Shown: positions 1 through 13,284 of the stretch, piece after piece | Layout of the letters: each line of letters opens with the position of its first letter | Position numbering within the stretch: the first letter of the stretch is position 1 | Source: Octopus sinensis | Taxonomy: Eukaryota | Length of the DNA: 64,000 nt | Direction: 5' to 3' | Assembly: GCF_006345805.1 (NCBI RefSeq) | Contig: NC_043001.1 | Coordinates: forward strand, 61,070,001-61,134,000 | Position numbers and translations under genes: made by a program | The notes under the pieces: generated by a model | What the model was told of the DNA's origin: nothing | What the model saw: the letters and a program-made list of their open reading frames with translations, nothing else | Databases searched by the model: none

Positions 1-202
1 GTTGTATATAGAATAATAAATTTACTTACATAAATGAAAAAAAAAACATCCTATTATTATTTTTCCCTTTTGATACTATTATTCATATTAGTATGAGTAG
101 TAATATCTTTAATAATATTACTATTAAACTTTTTACATTACTAACATTACATCTGTAGTGGCAGATGAAAAGAAGAATGCACCAAACACGTCCAAAATAT
201 TA

Positions 203-245
<43 letters not shown>

Positions 246-321
246 ATCAGATGTGAAACCCGTACATTTCCTAACTTCTGTATTTTACGCATTGTTCATC
301 AGGCTACATAATTCTTCAGCA

Positions 322-491
322 TTATTGTATTTTTGAGTCTAGGTGATGTGTCGAGGTGATGTGAAGTAATGACTGGACATGACCTTCACAAAGTATTGAT
401 CCAGGGATTGGCATGAATCCAAATTTCCTAATCAATAGAGTGATTCTAGAGATATAACCTTTCGAAATTTCATCAACAAAATCAGTGTACT
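322..491 (-). CDS. Candidate exon C of minus-strand host gene (EYTDFVDEISKGYISRITLLIRKFGFMPIPGSILCEGHV...KIQ*)
   Basis: Acceptor ttttataaacAG at 493-492. Phase-1 join to exon B keeps the frame open for 55 codons to TAA at 324-322. A weak internal donor (GAAG|GTCATG) could end the exon earlier. Confidence 0.45.
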
Positions 492-615
492 CTGTTTATA
501 AAACGAACATATAATAAATAAATGATTAGAGTATAACTCAGTATAAGAAATAATTGATCAGAGTATAACTCAGTATAAGAAAGACCAACAGCAATAAGTT
601 CTCACTAGAACGTAC

Positions 616-957
616 CAATAGAATACAGTGCAATATTGGCAGGCTGCTCGTTGGAAATAATGCCAGAAAAACTCCCGTTATGCTTATTAATTTCTAGTAT
701 ATTGGAAGGAATAAAGTAATGCTTTCTCCGGGACGATTGACTATTTGCAAATGCGACTGGAACTGGAACCAAAACAGACGATATGGAGTTATCTGAAGCT
801 GATCCAGTGAAACGAAACATTCTGGATGAATATGAGGATCTGAGAGAAAAGAAAATGAGCGCAAATTTCACCATTTCACTATTTTTCTTACTTAAACTGG
901 AAAGGAAGGAAATTTTACGTTCGCAGTTAAAGTAGTGTTGGGGAAGGAGGTTAGGTG
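616..957 (-). CDS. Candidate internal exon B (342 nt, phase 1-1, ~114 aa) of host gene; probable extracellular domain
   Basis: Acceptor atacttttTAG at 960-958 and donor TG|GTACGT at 615. The frame is open throughout (TPNLLPQHYFNCERKISF...MVKFALIFFSLRSS...NIALYSI) and extends track ORF 605..874 upstream. Non-repetitive sequence. Confidence 0.6.
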
Positions 958-1116
958 CTAAAAAGTATTATGTACTGTAATAAGGATGTTGCACAATAAT
1001 TTGCTCTTGGCCTTTCCCATTACGAATTGTATGATTTATTTGTCATTGGGATAAGTAAGGAAAATCAATTATAATAATTTACAGCTTTCAGTTTGAAAAT
1101 TAGTTTGAGTACTTAC

Positions 1117-1221
1117 TTCCGAAACAGAATTCAAATGAAAAAGGAAATCTAAGTACTGACACAAAAAATATCACAATTGTACACATCATACATATGAGTC
1201 CTGAAACAATCACTACAATAC
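1117..1221 (-). CDS. Candidate exon A (105 nt, phase 1-1) encoding a hydrophobic signal/TM segment GIVVIVSGLICMMCTIVIFFVSVLRFPFSFEFCFG
   Basis: Acceptor ttgattttAG at 1223-1222 and perfect donor GAA|GTAAGT at 1116. Only one frame is open, and it splices in frame to exon B. Confidence 0.55.
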
Positions 1222-1439
1222 CTAAAATCAACAACTATCTGGAACAAATTTGTCGGAGTTTGCCTACATTACAAGAACAGGTTCCTCTCACCCTCTTCTG
1301 GGTTAGACTATCCATCGGAATCAGTGTCTAAATATCAACTAAGATTTGTCCCGATGAATGTATATCTTTAATGCCGCAAGTGCTGCATTCAAAGGATTAG
1401 CCATCACGTCTTCAATGAGAGAAGGCAATTAATGATTTC

Positions 1440-2070
1440 CTTGAAAGATAAGTTAAGACCCACAATGGAGTATGGCTCACACATTTTGGGCAGTACAGTA
1501 ACTGCACAAACAATGCTTACATCACATAAAATCGTTATTTGCACCGTGTTCAGTGAGATCTGGGATGAAATTTCGCATATTCAGCCTTAATGCGTCTAAG
1601 CAGATTTAGACGGCAATGATGCTAGTTACTTCAAGGAGAAAACATTCTCTCATTTACACGATAGTGTGTTCAACATATTTGACTCACTGAAGCAACTAAT
1701 CCTAGGGCACCGCTATAACATGTAACTCATCACTCGTCTAGCCAAGCAGTTGAGCTTTATTTATAATTTCTGCGACCAAAATGTTTGCAGATCGATTCAT
1801 ATATCAGCCAATCGGTATAAAATCATTATGTGCACCGAGTACTGCTGGATCTAGAATACACAGTCACCTATTTAATTTTAGTATAAATTTAAGCATTTTC
1901 AAGTGCAAGGTCCTTGGTATTGTGTCTATTTTGCCATTTCATTCTTTCTCCCACACGCGCCACATTGAACAATATTTCTTCTCTAAAAGCTAACACGTTA
2001 ATACACTTCTACCCTGCCGTAAAGGATCATGCAACAACTCATTGGCTGACACAGAATATGGGTCTTACAT
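1440..2070 (+). mobile_element. Degenerate CR1/L2/Jockey-type LINE 3' remnant
   Basis: Frameshifted motif resembling RPTMEYGSHIW (cf. RPxLEYCSxVW) near 1457-1490, and a HIEQYFFS-like C-terminal motif near 1960-1985. Confidence 0.4.
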
Positions 2071-2207
2071 CGCAGTATGAGTAAGAGAATTTGTTTTTGA
2101 TCTTAGCTTTGCTCATATATGTGAGTATGCCTATGTGTTTATGGTCGTTTATATGTAAATATTTATCAATCTATGAGGATATACAAATCCATATATATGC
2201 AAATATG

Positions 2208-2405
2208 CTTTTATTCTTTAATTTCTTCAGTCATTTGACTGCAGCGATGTTGGAGCACTGGGTTTAGTCGAACAAATCGACCCAGCGACTTATACTTTGT
2301 AACCCTAGTACTTATTTTATCGGTCTCTTTCCCGGAACAGCTAAGTTACATGGACGTAAACACACTAACATCGGTTGTGAAGCGATGGTGGGGGTCAAGC
2401 ACAGG
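2208..2405 (-). mobile_element. SINE family 1, 3' half
   Basis: Reverse-complement similarity to the 21700-21907 SINE tail (gtcgatttg..cgactaa..cagcat..gcagtcaaatgactgaa). Confidence 0.7.
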
Positions 2406-2453
2406 TACACAGATATATATATATATATATAGTCATACATACATGCATACATG

Positions 2454-2509
<56 letters not shown>

Positions 2510-2771
2510 ATATATAATATTGCTCGCCTACAATATAGTGTGTTCTTCTCGGAGATTTTAAGGTGGTAATAGGGTTTTTAGCGTCTATTTCTTGCAGTAC
2601 GTGGTGAGGCGTTAAGTCTACCCTTTGTTATAATTGTGTATATAGTTAGAAAATGTTTTCTAAAATTTACCTATGAGTTTTTTATTTCCGCAATAACCAC
2701 CTGGTAAGATTATTATTGATTTTACACACGCACACACACAAATACGCACATGCACACACACACACACACGC

Positions 2772-2818
<47 letters not shown>

Positions 2819-2903
2819 TAATCCAAACAAACACAAAAAAAACACAACAACGCGAGGACGTGGAACAAATAGAGTATTATTGGACGCTCAGGAAAGAAGG
2901 AGG

Positions 2904-2938
2904 GTCTAACGTTTCGAGCGGAGCTCTTCGTCGGAAAC
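2904..2938 (-). ncRNA. Degenerate minimal hammerhead-like motif (Penelope-type)
   Basis: Minus strand reads gttt-CCGACGA-a-gagc/tcc/gctc-GAAA-cg-TT-agac. Stems I and II pair, but core U4 is changed to C and there is an extra A before stem II. Confidence 0.4.
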
Positions 2939-3054
2939 ATAGGAGAAGGAAAAATCCAGAAAAGGGAAGACAGAGGAAAAGAAATCGCCAACGGTCCACA
3001 CGAGGTCACATTTTGCATATATATATATATATATACACAGATATATATATATAT

Positions 3055-3255
<201 letters not shown>

Positions 3256-3749
3256 GATATATACTTTATTAAAAAGTAGCGAAAATATCACAAAAACTGT
3301 TCAGATTTTCACGTTCCGAAAATATACAATTACTATAATACATACACATTTCAAAATGGCTTTGTTTCATTGGTCCTTTCAACTAACGGGCTTCACAATG
3401 ACAGGTTGCATACAGTGAACAAATTTCGGTATAAAATGAACTTATTAAATCGAAGAAAATCTTCGATCAAAAATAGCTTATAAAGAAGGAGAGAGCCTGA
3501 ATACCCAGGGCAAATAGTTATCTGTAAAATATTAATCACTTAATACATTAAACATTATATCCCATTAAGAAAAAATTTCGCGTTGGATTACATACGCGTT
3601 TTTGCAGTATAAGCACATACCAAACTATCTATAATATATACAGTAAATATACACACGCATGTACATAGCTACATATATATACAGACATATATAGGCAAGA
3701 CATATATATACATATATATATATGGGGTAGAAATCGATATTAATCAATT

Positions 3750-3961
3750 GAAACCAGTGGCCTAGCATATTTTTAAAAATCCGAAGATTAATTTTTTTTG
3801 TTTACATACAAAATTTAGAGGACTAACCACTAAAAAAATGGACAGCCTATATACTAGATATAGTCGTCAAAATCGCAATTTTTCTCGAAGAATGTGTTCT
3901 TAAGAAAACATTCAGCAAAATTCTTCCTGGAAAATGGCTATATCTAGCATTTAGGCTGTCC

Positions 3962-3965
<4 letters not shown>
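3750..3965. repeat. Dispersed repeat with internal inverted repeat; related copy at 22475-22690
   Basis: tggacagcctatatactagatatagtc (from 3839) pairs with ggctatatctagcatttaggctgtcca (to 3962). Motifs aaaccagtRgcctagcatat and tggacagcc..tgctaga are shared with the 22.5-22.7 kb region. Confidence 0.45.
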
Positions 3966-4041
<76 letters not shown>

Positions 4042-4450
4042 TGTGTGTATATGTATATGTATAGGTACGCACGCACACAAAATCTCCTGGCAGATGCTCA
4101 TACTAGTTAGTTTTTACACGCGAAAGAAGGAGAAACAGAAAATTAGAGACAGAAAGAGAGCAATATATTTGAACAATTCCATTGCCTTCCATCCACTGTG
4201 CATTCATCTCCTGTATCCTCTGACAGACACGCCATTCGCATTCTATAGAGTGGTCTGGTAGTAACCATCCACGACCATCTACAACCATCACTCCACATAT
4301 CACTTATTACATGGTCAGCAGTTGCTAGATTACAACTGGGCTCAACCTGTTGCGCAGTGGGGCACCTTCCTGATGCAGAATCTTTACTATTGGTTCCAGT
4401 CCCGTTCAAACTTTTACAGTCATCTATTTCCTTGGTATTTTCACTCATTA

Positions 4451-4495
<45 letters not shown>

Positions 4496-4497
4496 GA

Positions 4498-4560
<63 letters not shown>

Positions 4561-4714
4561 CCTACATTATATCGGCACACCTCGGCAGAACTCCATGAAA
4601 CCGTTATTGCTTGTTGGCATCATTCAGGCTACATTTATCCCTTAGACGGTCGTGTAACCTCTAACTGATATATCCATAATACATACATACATATATATCT
4701 ATCTACCTACCTAC

Positions 4715-4835
<121 letters not shown>

Positions 4836-5329
4836 CACATACATACATACATATATATCTATCTACCTACCTACCTATCTATCTATCTATCTATCTATCT
4901 ATCATCTATCTATCTATCTATCTATATATATATATATATATATAATATATATATATATATATACATATACACATACATACATACATACATACATACATAC
5001 ATACATACATACATACATACATACATACATACATACATACACGCACTCTCACACCCACTCGGATATACAAATATATAATTTTAATCATTTGGATTCAAAA
5101 ACAATCTATATATATATAATGGGTGAATAATTGGGATAATATCATCGATAAATAATAGAAAGATCGATAACTTCTATGAAAATAATAAAAGAAACAGAAA
5201 TGGATAATCCAAATTCTAAAAAATGTTGAAGAAAATAGTAAGAATAATATGGTTAAATATTAAGAAAATAACTCCTATCCAGACATAAGAAATTATGAAT
5301 ATATAAATGAGAATAGTATCACTGATTCC

Positions 5330-5790
5330 TTGCAAACATAAACGCAGTAATTGTAGAAAAGCTGACAGAGATAGGTTAGATAGTGATTGCAGGAGAAAAA
5401 GCGTTGTATACCAATTGACAATAACTACATAAGACATGAATAATTTTTTTTCTACATTGGGTCGACATTGACAGATCAAAATACAATGAATGGGTCAGGA
5501 TTATTAAGAAAAATATGCCAAATGAAAAGAAATAATGTTAACTACTCAATTAAATGGAAGATTTTAGCACATGCAAAATTTATAATAAATTTATAATAAA
5601 TTTGAACAATTCCATTGCCTTCCATCCCCTGTGCATTCGTCTCCTGTACCCTCTGACAGAACAAATTTATAATAAATTTATAATAAATTTAGTTACAAAA
5701 TTTATAATAAATCGTGCATGTTATGCTTAGAGGAAAATTTTAAAATAATGAAAAGAAAAGGAAACCTTATACATTTCAGAAATGAAAAAG
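5330..5790 (+). mobile_element. Penelope-like GIY-YIG endonuclease remnant
   Basis: Translates to CRRKSVVYQLTITT*...FYIGST, NVNYSIKWKILAHAK and SCMLCLEE motifs, with stops. Confidence 0.55.
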
Positions 5791-6351
5791 TTTTCCATGC
5801 AAGCATATAAATAAGTGTCTATTTATTAAACTTAACTGATATATTAATGGGAGCAGATGTCACTTAAAAATTTTAACCCTATTTTTTAAATAAATTCTAA
5901 CCATAGTTTATAAATATAGAAATGAATAATAGCTGAAATTAGGCTTTATAATAGTAGAATATTAAGAAAATAAAAATACTATAACGGCTAAATAGGCTGC
6001 AAAAAGTAATTTGATTTTAACCAACAAAAATTGATTATATTTATGTTTATTTGTAAGAACATATTAGATAGGAGAAAGTATATGCGTATGTTTATGTATA
6101 AAATGTCTATATAAAATATAATATGTATACAGCCAGACAAAAACAGGAGCATATATGGATTTGGGTGTATATGTGTCTGTGGATGTGAACATTATGTTGG
6201 GTTTGTACATGTATATCTCCTTTTCTATATATCTGTAATTTTTAGTATCAGTTTAAAAAAACATTTTTTCTGCACATGAATAAGTAGGCATATAGGTGCT
6301 CTCAATACGTATAAATTGTATTTTATATAGGTAATATAATATTAAATATAT

Positions 6352-6424
<73 letters not shown>

Positions 6425-6705
6425 CATTTTTTAAATTATATTATAAGTATATGAATGCTATATTTTAGGGATTATTTAATATATCCAGTTATACACACAG
6501 AGGTGAAAGAAAGATAAGAAGAAATAAACATCTTAGGATAAAAATAATTTATATTCAGAAACATGAATTGGATAAAGTAATCCGCTGTTTTCATTATTGC
6601 GTTTTGGGATATGTAGTATATTTTACATCATATTGATGTTATACATTTATTCCTTATGATGTATTGCATAATAGAATTAAAAACCGCATTATGTAAGTAG
6701 ATGTG

Positions 6706-6768
<63 letters not shown>

Positions 6769-6997
6769 TTGTATGCGTGTTTTTTTATGTGTGGTTGTAT
6801 TTGTTACATATAAATGTGCACATGCGTCATGTGCTTATATAGAGCATTAATAATTCAGAGACTGAATACTTAAATACATATATTAATTTTTTTTATACAT
6901 ATATCAAGAAATTACTGCTCTTCAATAAGTACATGGGTTCATGAATAAAATATATGTGAAGTAATATATGTGAACAAATATGTAGCTGTGAGCATGT

Positions 6998-7062
<65 letters not shown>

Positions 7063-7430
7063 GTATGGGTACGTATGATGAAAAATATATATCTATGTAT
7101 ATTGAAATATAAGTACAATAATATATTAATATATATATATATATTCATATGTGTTTATTTGCGTGTGTGCGTGTGTTGGTGGGGTGTATAAGTTTGTAGA
7201 TATCTATATACATATTTATATTCTGATTAAACTACTATCTTTTTTAGAGTTTTATAGATATTTAATTGTCATATTTAGAAGTATGAAATAGCAAAATATT
7301 TTGTAAAAATATTGTTATATTTCGGAATGGTCATATTGCCAGTTTAGCCAATAAAAACACACGCACTATATATTTGGTGTTATTTTGCTTCAGTGTTATT
7401 TATTTTTTACATTAATCTTAATCTTATTTC

Positions 7431-7475
7431 GGCCAGAGTTCTTTCGTCACACTCCTCTGACCGCATCAGTGGTCC
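7431..7475 (-). ncRNA. Degenerate minimal type I hammerhead downstream of the minus-strand Penelope
   Basis: Minus strand reads ggacca-CTGATGc-g-gtca/gaggagtg/tgac-GAAA-g-aa-CTC-tggcc. Stems are present but core A9 is altered. Confidence 0.4.
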
Positions 7476-8199
7476 TTTGTTTTCTTCTTTCTTATTTGTG
7501 TCTCTCCTTACTAACCGTCAGCCATTTTGTATTTCTATTGTATGTCTTCATTTGCGCATGCTTATATCTCTATGTGCGTTTATGTTTATTTAGTGTGTGT
7601 ATGTGGGGGGATGCCTGTAATATTTGTATCTTCTGTTTATATATGTTCATGTAATTTGTATTTTGTTTTTTGTTTTTTTTTTTTTGTTGTTTTTGTTTAT
7701 TCTTATTTTGTTCATGTGTTTACATCCACTTATTATTATCATTACATATGCTTGTATGTATAACAACAATACTAGTAATAATAATAATAAATCAAATCGA
7801 AAAAAATAAATAAATAAAAAAAATTATTTTAAAATATTTTTTTTAATTAAGAAAAAATATATATATACATATATATATATATATACATATATATATACAT
7901 ATATATGTATATATATATATATTATATAATATATACATATATATATATATGTAATATATATATTATATATATATATATATATTATATATATATATGTAGT
8001 TATTTATTTCTATTAGTTTATTTATCTGTATATTTATTATGTTTTCAGGATCCTCTATCGTCATATGTTGTGGTGTGTGTTAGTGCTCCATTCTAGTTTT
8101 CTATTCAGGCTAGGTTTATTCTCTATTATGTGTGTAGCTTCTGTAATTTGTCTAAGTGTTGCCTCTGATCTATGTGTGGATAATATTTTAATTTCTATG

Positions 8200-8830
8200 T
8201 TATTGATTGATCCCCCGTGTTCCTGTTCGACGTGTTAGTACAGAATCGATGAGCTTTTACCATCCTTGAGTTGTCTCCAATGCTAATTTACCCGCTCTCC
8301 TATGCTTCTTGCCGTTTCCCCTACGTATGTCGTTGTCTTGTTACTGCATCGTCCCTCTATACATCTTATACTATAGACTACATTTCTGGCTTTACAGTTT
8401 GTTTGTGGGCTAAATCTACATATAGTACAGTACTTATCCGTACAAGGGGTTCTACTAAAAGGATATGTTCTACCAATTATAGATTTGATAGGGTTGCCTG
8501 GATTTTCAACAACCTTAATTCTTAGCTTAAGTTTGTCTAGGGTCCTTCTAAAGCGGTACGGCAGTTCACCTCCAGGGGTGGTGTCAACGAACATGACATT
8601 CTGGTATTTATGGCTATCATACCAAGAGTTGGCCTTCTCTATTTTCTTTTTTGTCCTTTCTATAGTGTTCCATGATTTGTTCCTATAGAGTGGGCAAATC
8701 CCATTCCTATCATTACATAATATATTATCAAATTTCTTAATGGCTCCTTTGTATATTCTGATCCTTTCTTTATGGCTGTAACCTGAGAACTGCATGCGGT
8801 GAATGAAATATTGGCTAAACTGGCAATATG
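8200..8830 (-). mobile_element. Penelope-like element 3' fragment (thumb, Cys linker, GIY-YIG)
   Basis: ORF 8283..8795 contains CTICRFSPQTNCKARNVVYSIRC...TYVGETARSIGER. Same family as 20049..21049. Confidence 0.85.
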
Positions 8831-9849
8831 ACCATTCCGAAATATAACAATATCTGTTTCAACACACGACTTCACATAAAAAATCTTGCACAACAAATAT
8901 TTAAACGTACAATTTTGTAAAAAGTTATATATTAAATGTTATCTCCCCTACATTGAATATGAAAATAGAATATAACGAATCATATATTCTTTTACATATA
9001 ATTTTATAAATACAAAAGAATTACTGGCCTATAAATATTACTTAAATGTATCGATGAAATACTTTATCCTATTTTATTTCATTTTATCGAAATTTTTCTT
9101 AAGTATGTAGAATAAGGAAAACGTAAATACATATATTTGTCTTGTATCAATTACGAAAGTAATTTGCTATCCCGTAATAATACCCTTAGACTCAATATAA
9201 ATACATGAAATATATATTTATATTTGTAAACATATTGTTTATATATTGTTTATATTTTGATATAATTTTATCAAACTACAAATTTAAAGACACTTATTCT
9301 AATTTTATAATAGTATTGAGGATAATTTATTACATGTAAAGAACTGAAAAAGACATTTTCTTTTCTTATTTTGTGTTTTAACTAAAAATTGTCTTACAAA
9401 TTTATGTGTTTTGATAGGTGACAGAAAATTTAAATGTGACTTTGAGATGATATATAGCTCCTTATTTGGTTCTCTGGATGTATATACGCATGCACATTTT
9501 GAGACGATAAAACTCAAATATACACATATCTACACACAGAGACACCCACAAACACATATATATATACATACATACACACACATATATATATATATACACA
9601 TAAATATATATACTTATAAATATATCTATACACAGTTATAGAAATATAATATAAATCAATTATTGGATTGTCAATGGTATCTCTCTATCTAATTTATCTT
9701 TGTAATTGCATTATACCAATATTTATATGGTATTCAACTAACGTACCAGTGAATTGGATGGTTAACATACTCTTTTGAAATATCTCTTTTCTTCAGTTTG
9801 TTACTTTATATTCTTATATTACTGGAGTAATCTCACACGGCTTTTCGCT

Positions 9850-11200
9850 GGTATAATGGAGAAAATACCTGTTGACAAGTCATTGAAAATTATCCCAATC
9901 CCACCCACGAAGGACTTTATGAAAGACCTTATTAGTAACATTTTGGCAGTCATACATAGAATTCGGTGGTTCACTTTTCACTATGAAAGGGATATTGTTA
10001 ACGAAGGAAATCAACTTAAGGACGATTTCGAAATGGATAAGAACTTGAAAACCAGAAAATGTCAACCACCTAACAGATATTTGGAAGCTTTCGAGAATGA
10101 TAATGGAATATATTCAAGAACACTATGCTTGTTAAATACATCTTTGGTGGAAACGAACAGCTGTTAAATATGAAGGCTTTAGTATGTAAGCTAAAAGATA
10201 AGAGCATCAAGGGAATTATTGTGCCTTCGGACAAAACTTGTAATTTATATCATATGGGTAACTATAAACATCATCAATTAATGGAAAATGAAATCACTAG
10301 TAACTATGAGGTAGTAGGTAAGAATATATTGAGAGATATCAACTTAGAAACTAAACAATTACGTGTGATTTTGGTCTTCACGACAGAACAGAGCCTTTTT
10401 GTCTAGAAGTCCTAGAATTGTTTTGAAAGATCATAAAGGCAATTTCTTCTCCAACCCTAAAAGTTAGATTAATTTGCCCAGAAGGTTCTGAACTGGGTAA
10501 ATTAAGTAAAATTATTCTAAACAAGTATATTCCCAAAGTTAAATAAACATTAAAAGTAGATTTCTGGTTCAATACCTAAGAAGCCATTAATTGGTTTGAT
10601 AAATTAGAGCATAATAGTAGAAGTAAATTCATTTAATTAGACATTAATAATTATTATTCTTCAGTTAATCTCATTGTAATAAAAAAGGCACTTATTTTGT
10701 TAGGAAAAATTCTACCCTAAGTTTAAGAGAAATTAATCTTATTTTGGAAGCTAGGAAGTCTATCATTCTATTCGATAACAAGTACTGGGCCAGAAACAAT
10801 ACTACTGATTATTTTGACATAACCATGGGCTCAGCCGAATCCGCCCAAGTTACAGACTAAGCAGATATTTACGTACTACAGCATTTCCATAATGAATTTC
10901 TGGAAAGTATACGTGCTCTCTATAGAAATGATGCACTATTTTTGATCAATAGTAAATCCAATAGAAAAATAAACCTATAAAAAGTTTGGTTTGTCTATCT
11001 CTATTGAAAGTGAACTGGAGTAAGAAATCATACAAAATAATTTCAAAAAATACTTAGTCATGCTAGATCGAATAAAATTAATGATGCTAGATGCAAGCTG
11101 TGTGTAAATGAATTATATCAGATATTAACATCTAGGGAGAAATTGCTTTGTGAAATACATGAGAGTGTTCTATCCTGTACACACTATTCTAAATATGCGT
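9850..11200 (+). mobile_element. Penelope-like RT fragment, degenerate
   Basis: Motifs KVRLICPEGSELGKLSKIIL, WFNT*EAINWF and DITMGSAESAQVTD...LYRNDALF, with stops and frameshifts. Same family as the 35470 element. Confidence 0.7.
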
Positions 11201-11410
11201 TGAGAAAATTTTATTAAGTGTGTATATCTGTACTCGCTGCTTTCCATTTACAAGTGTACATATATATGTATATGTGAACAATTATATATTTGTGTATATA
11301 CATGTAAGCTCTTGCATACGTGGACATGTGTTATTTTATATTTATCATATGCCATTGATATATCGTTATGAATATGTTTCTGCTTGAGCGTGTATATATG
11401 GATATACATG

Positions 11411-11442
<32 letters not shown>

Positions 11443-11860
11443 CGTGTGTGTGTGTGCGTGTGTGTGTGTATGGATGTGTATACATGTGTATATATGTGTG
11501 TATATATGTATATATGTGTATATATATGTGTGTGTATGGGTATGTATATATGTACATGTATGTATAAATACCTATATATGTGTTTGTGTGTGTGTATATG
11601 TATATATGCATATGTATGTGTATGTATATTTTTGTATGTGTACGGGTATGTGAATCTATAACTATGTGTACACTATGTCTATGGAAGTTTCTATTTCCAT
11701 TTGTATATATGTGTATACATCAATTTTTGTTAATGCGGGTATATCTGTGTGTATATATGCATCCATTGTATTACTATATAAGCATATGTAATCATATTGC
11801 TATTTATATTTATGTGTAAGTGAAGGCTTGGCAAGTATCTCAACTAGCAGGACTAGCTAC

Positions 11861-11908
11861 CCTAGACTGATGACGAGCAATGTACTCAGAAACATGCATG
11901 TCTCTAGG
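11861..11908 (+). ncRNA. Minimal type I hammerhead ribozyme (Penelope pLTR type)
   Basis: cctaga-CTGATGA-c-gag/caatgta/ctc-a-GAAA-c-atgcat-GTC-tctagg. 6-bp stem I, palindromic stem III loop, predicted cleavage after C11902. C10.1-A11.1 mismatch. Confidence 0.72.
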
Positions 11909-13103
11909 TGCTAGCCCTAGCAGGTGGGGGTGCTTGCCTCCCCTTCGCAAATATAAGGACACAGGAAATGTGTCAAAGCCGACAGGAAGCGTCAATGCTT
12001 CCTAGGGCTAAATAGCGGTGTTGTAATTCCCTTTACGGGACTGTCACGTTAAGTTGACTGTATACAACCACTCTGTCCTTCCACCAACGTTCATGTCTCT
12101 CTGAGACATTTAGAAATTCAATATTTCTAATATCTGAATGTTATTGTATCTGTATTCCTGTAGGTATATATGCATGTATATAAGTCTTTTTATATTTGTT
12201 TATGTGTATATGTGTGTATGTGTGTATATATACATATGTATGTGTGTACATGTATTAGTGACTGTATATGTGTATGCATCTGTGTGTATATATGCTTCTA
12301 AGTATATATAAGGTTATATATATATATGTACATATAGATGTGTGTATAACTATGTATGTATTTATATATAAGTGTGTGTGTGTGTCCGTGTGTGTGCATA
12401 TGTGTATATTTGACTTTTGTCATCTCAATCTATATATCTACTACGGAATAATCCCTCCGAGGAACAATATATATATGTATATAGAAGATTATTATTAGCT
12501 AGTTTGAACGATTTTTCTATATCAATTAATTTAAATAAAGAGAAGAGTTGTATTGAAGATGTAATTGTTTATATATTTCTTGTTACAGTGATACGCAGGG
12601 TAATACATAAATACTTAATTATGTACATTTATATATATATATATATATATACACACACCTGTCTTATTGTTGTATGTTGTGGTGACAAAGGAATATCTTG
12701 GATATGAAAGGGTTTCGATTTGTATGTTTTTGAGATGTAATAAAGTGAATTTCAATGATTGTGGATTGCACTTGGTTGTATCCCCTATTAGAGTTTGTTG
12801 TTTTTAATTGTACTTGATGTATGATTGAGTAGTTAACGCTCAGGCTCATTATACATAGACATTTGAATTAACTTTTACAAACCTTTAATATAACGGGGCT
12901 GTTATTGTATATATATATATATATATATCAGAAAATGTAAGTGGAAATAATTTGTTGGCTTTTTATGCTTTTTGATATTTTGTCAGTAGTATCTCTATTT
13001 AATTTATCTTTATACGCACAAATACATATATATATATGTAGGTATGTATATATGTATGTATGTAAGTATGTATGTATCTCTCTCTCTCTCTCTCTCTCTC
13101 TCC

Positions 13104-13138
<35 letters not shown>

Positions 13139-13284
13139 ACCTGATTACCTAACGAAGGAGAGAGGTGAAGTTCATGATCATGTATCAGGGCGGTTGATGA
13201 TTCGTTAAAAGCACATGTACACATCATGCCAAGTTTTCCCTATCTTCAAAGTATTGATTTTCATTATAAGTATAGGGGTGGTTG

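Noticed and set aside
528-582. 23-bp direct repeat agagtataactcagtataagaaa x2
   Set aside because: Small intronic tandem duplication with no further structure.
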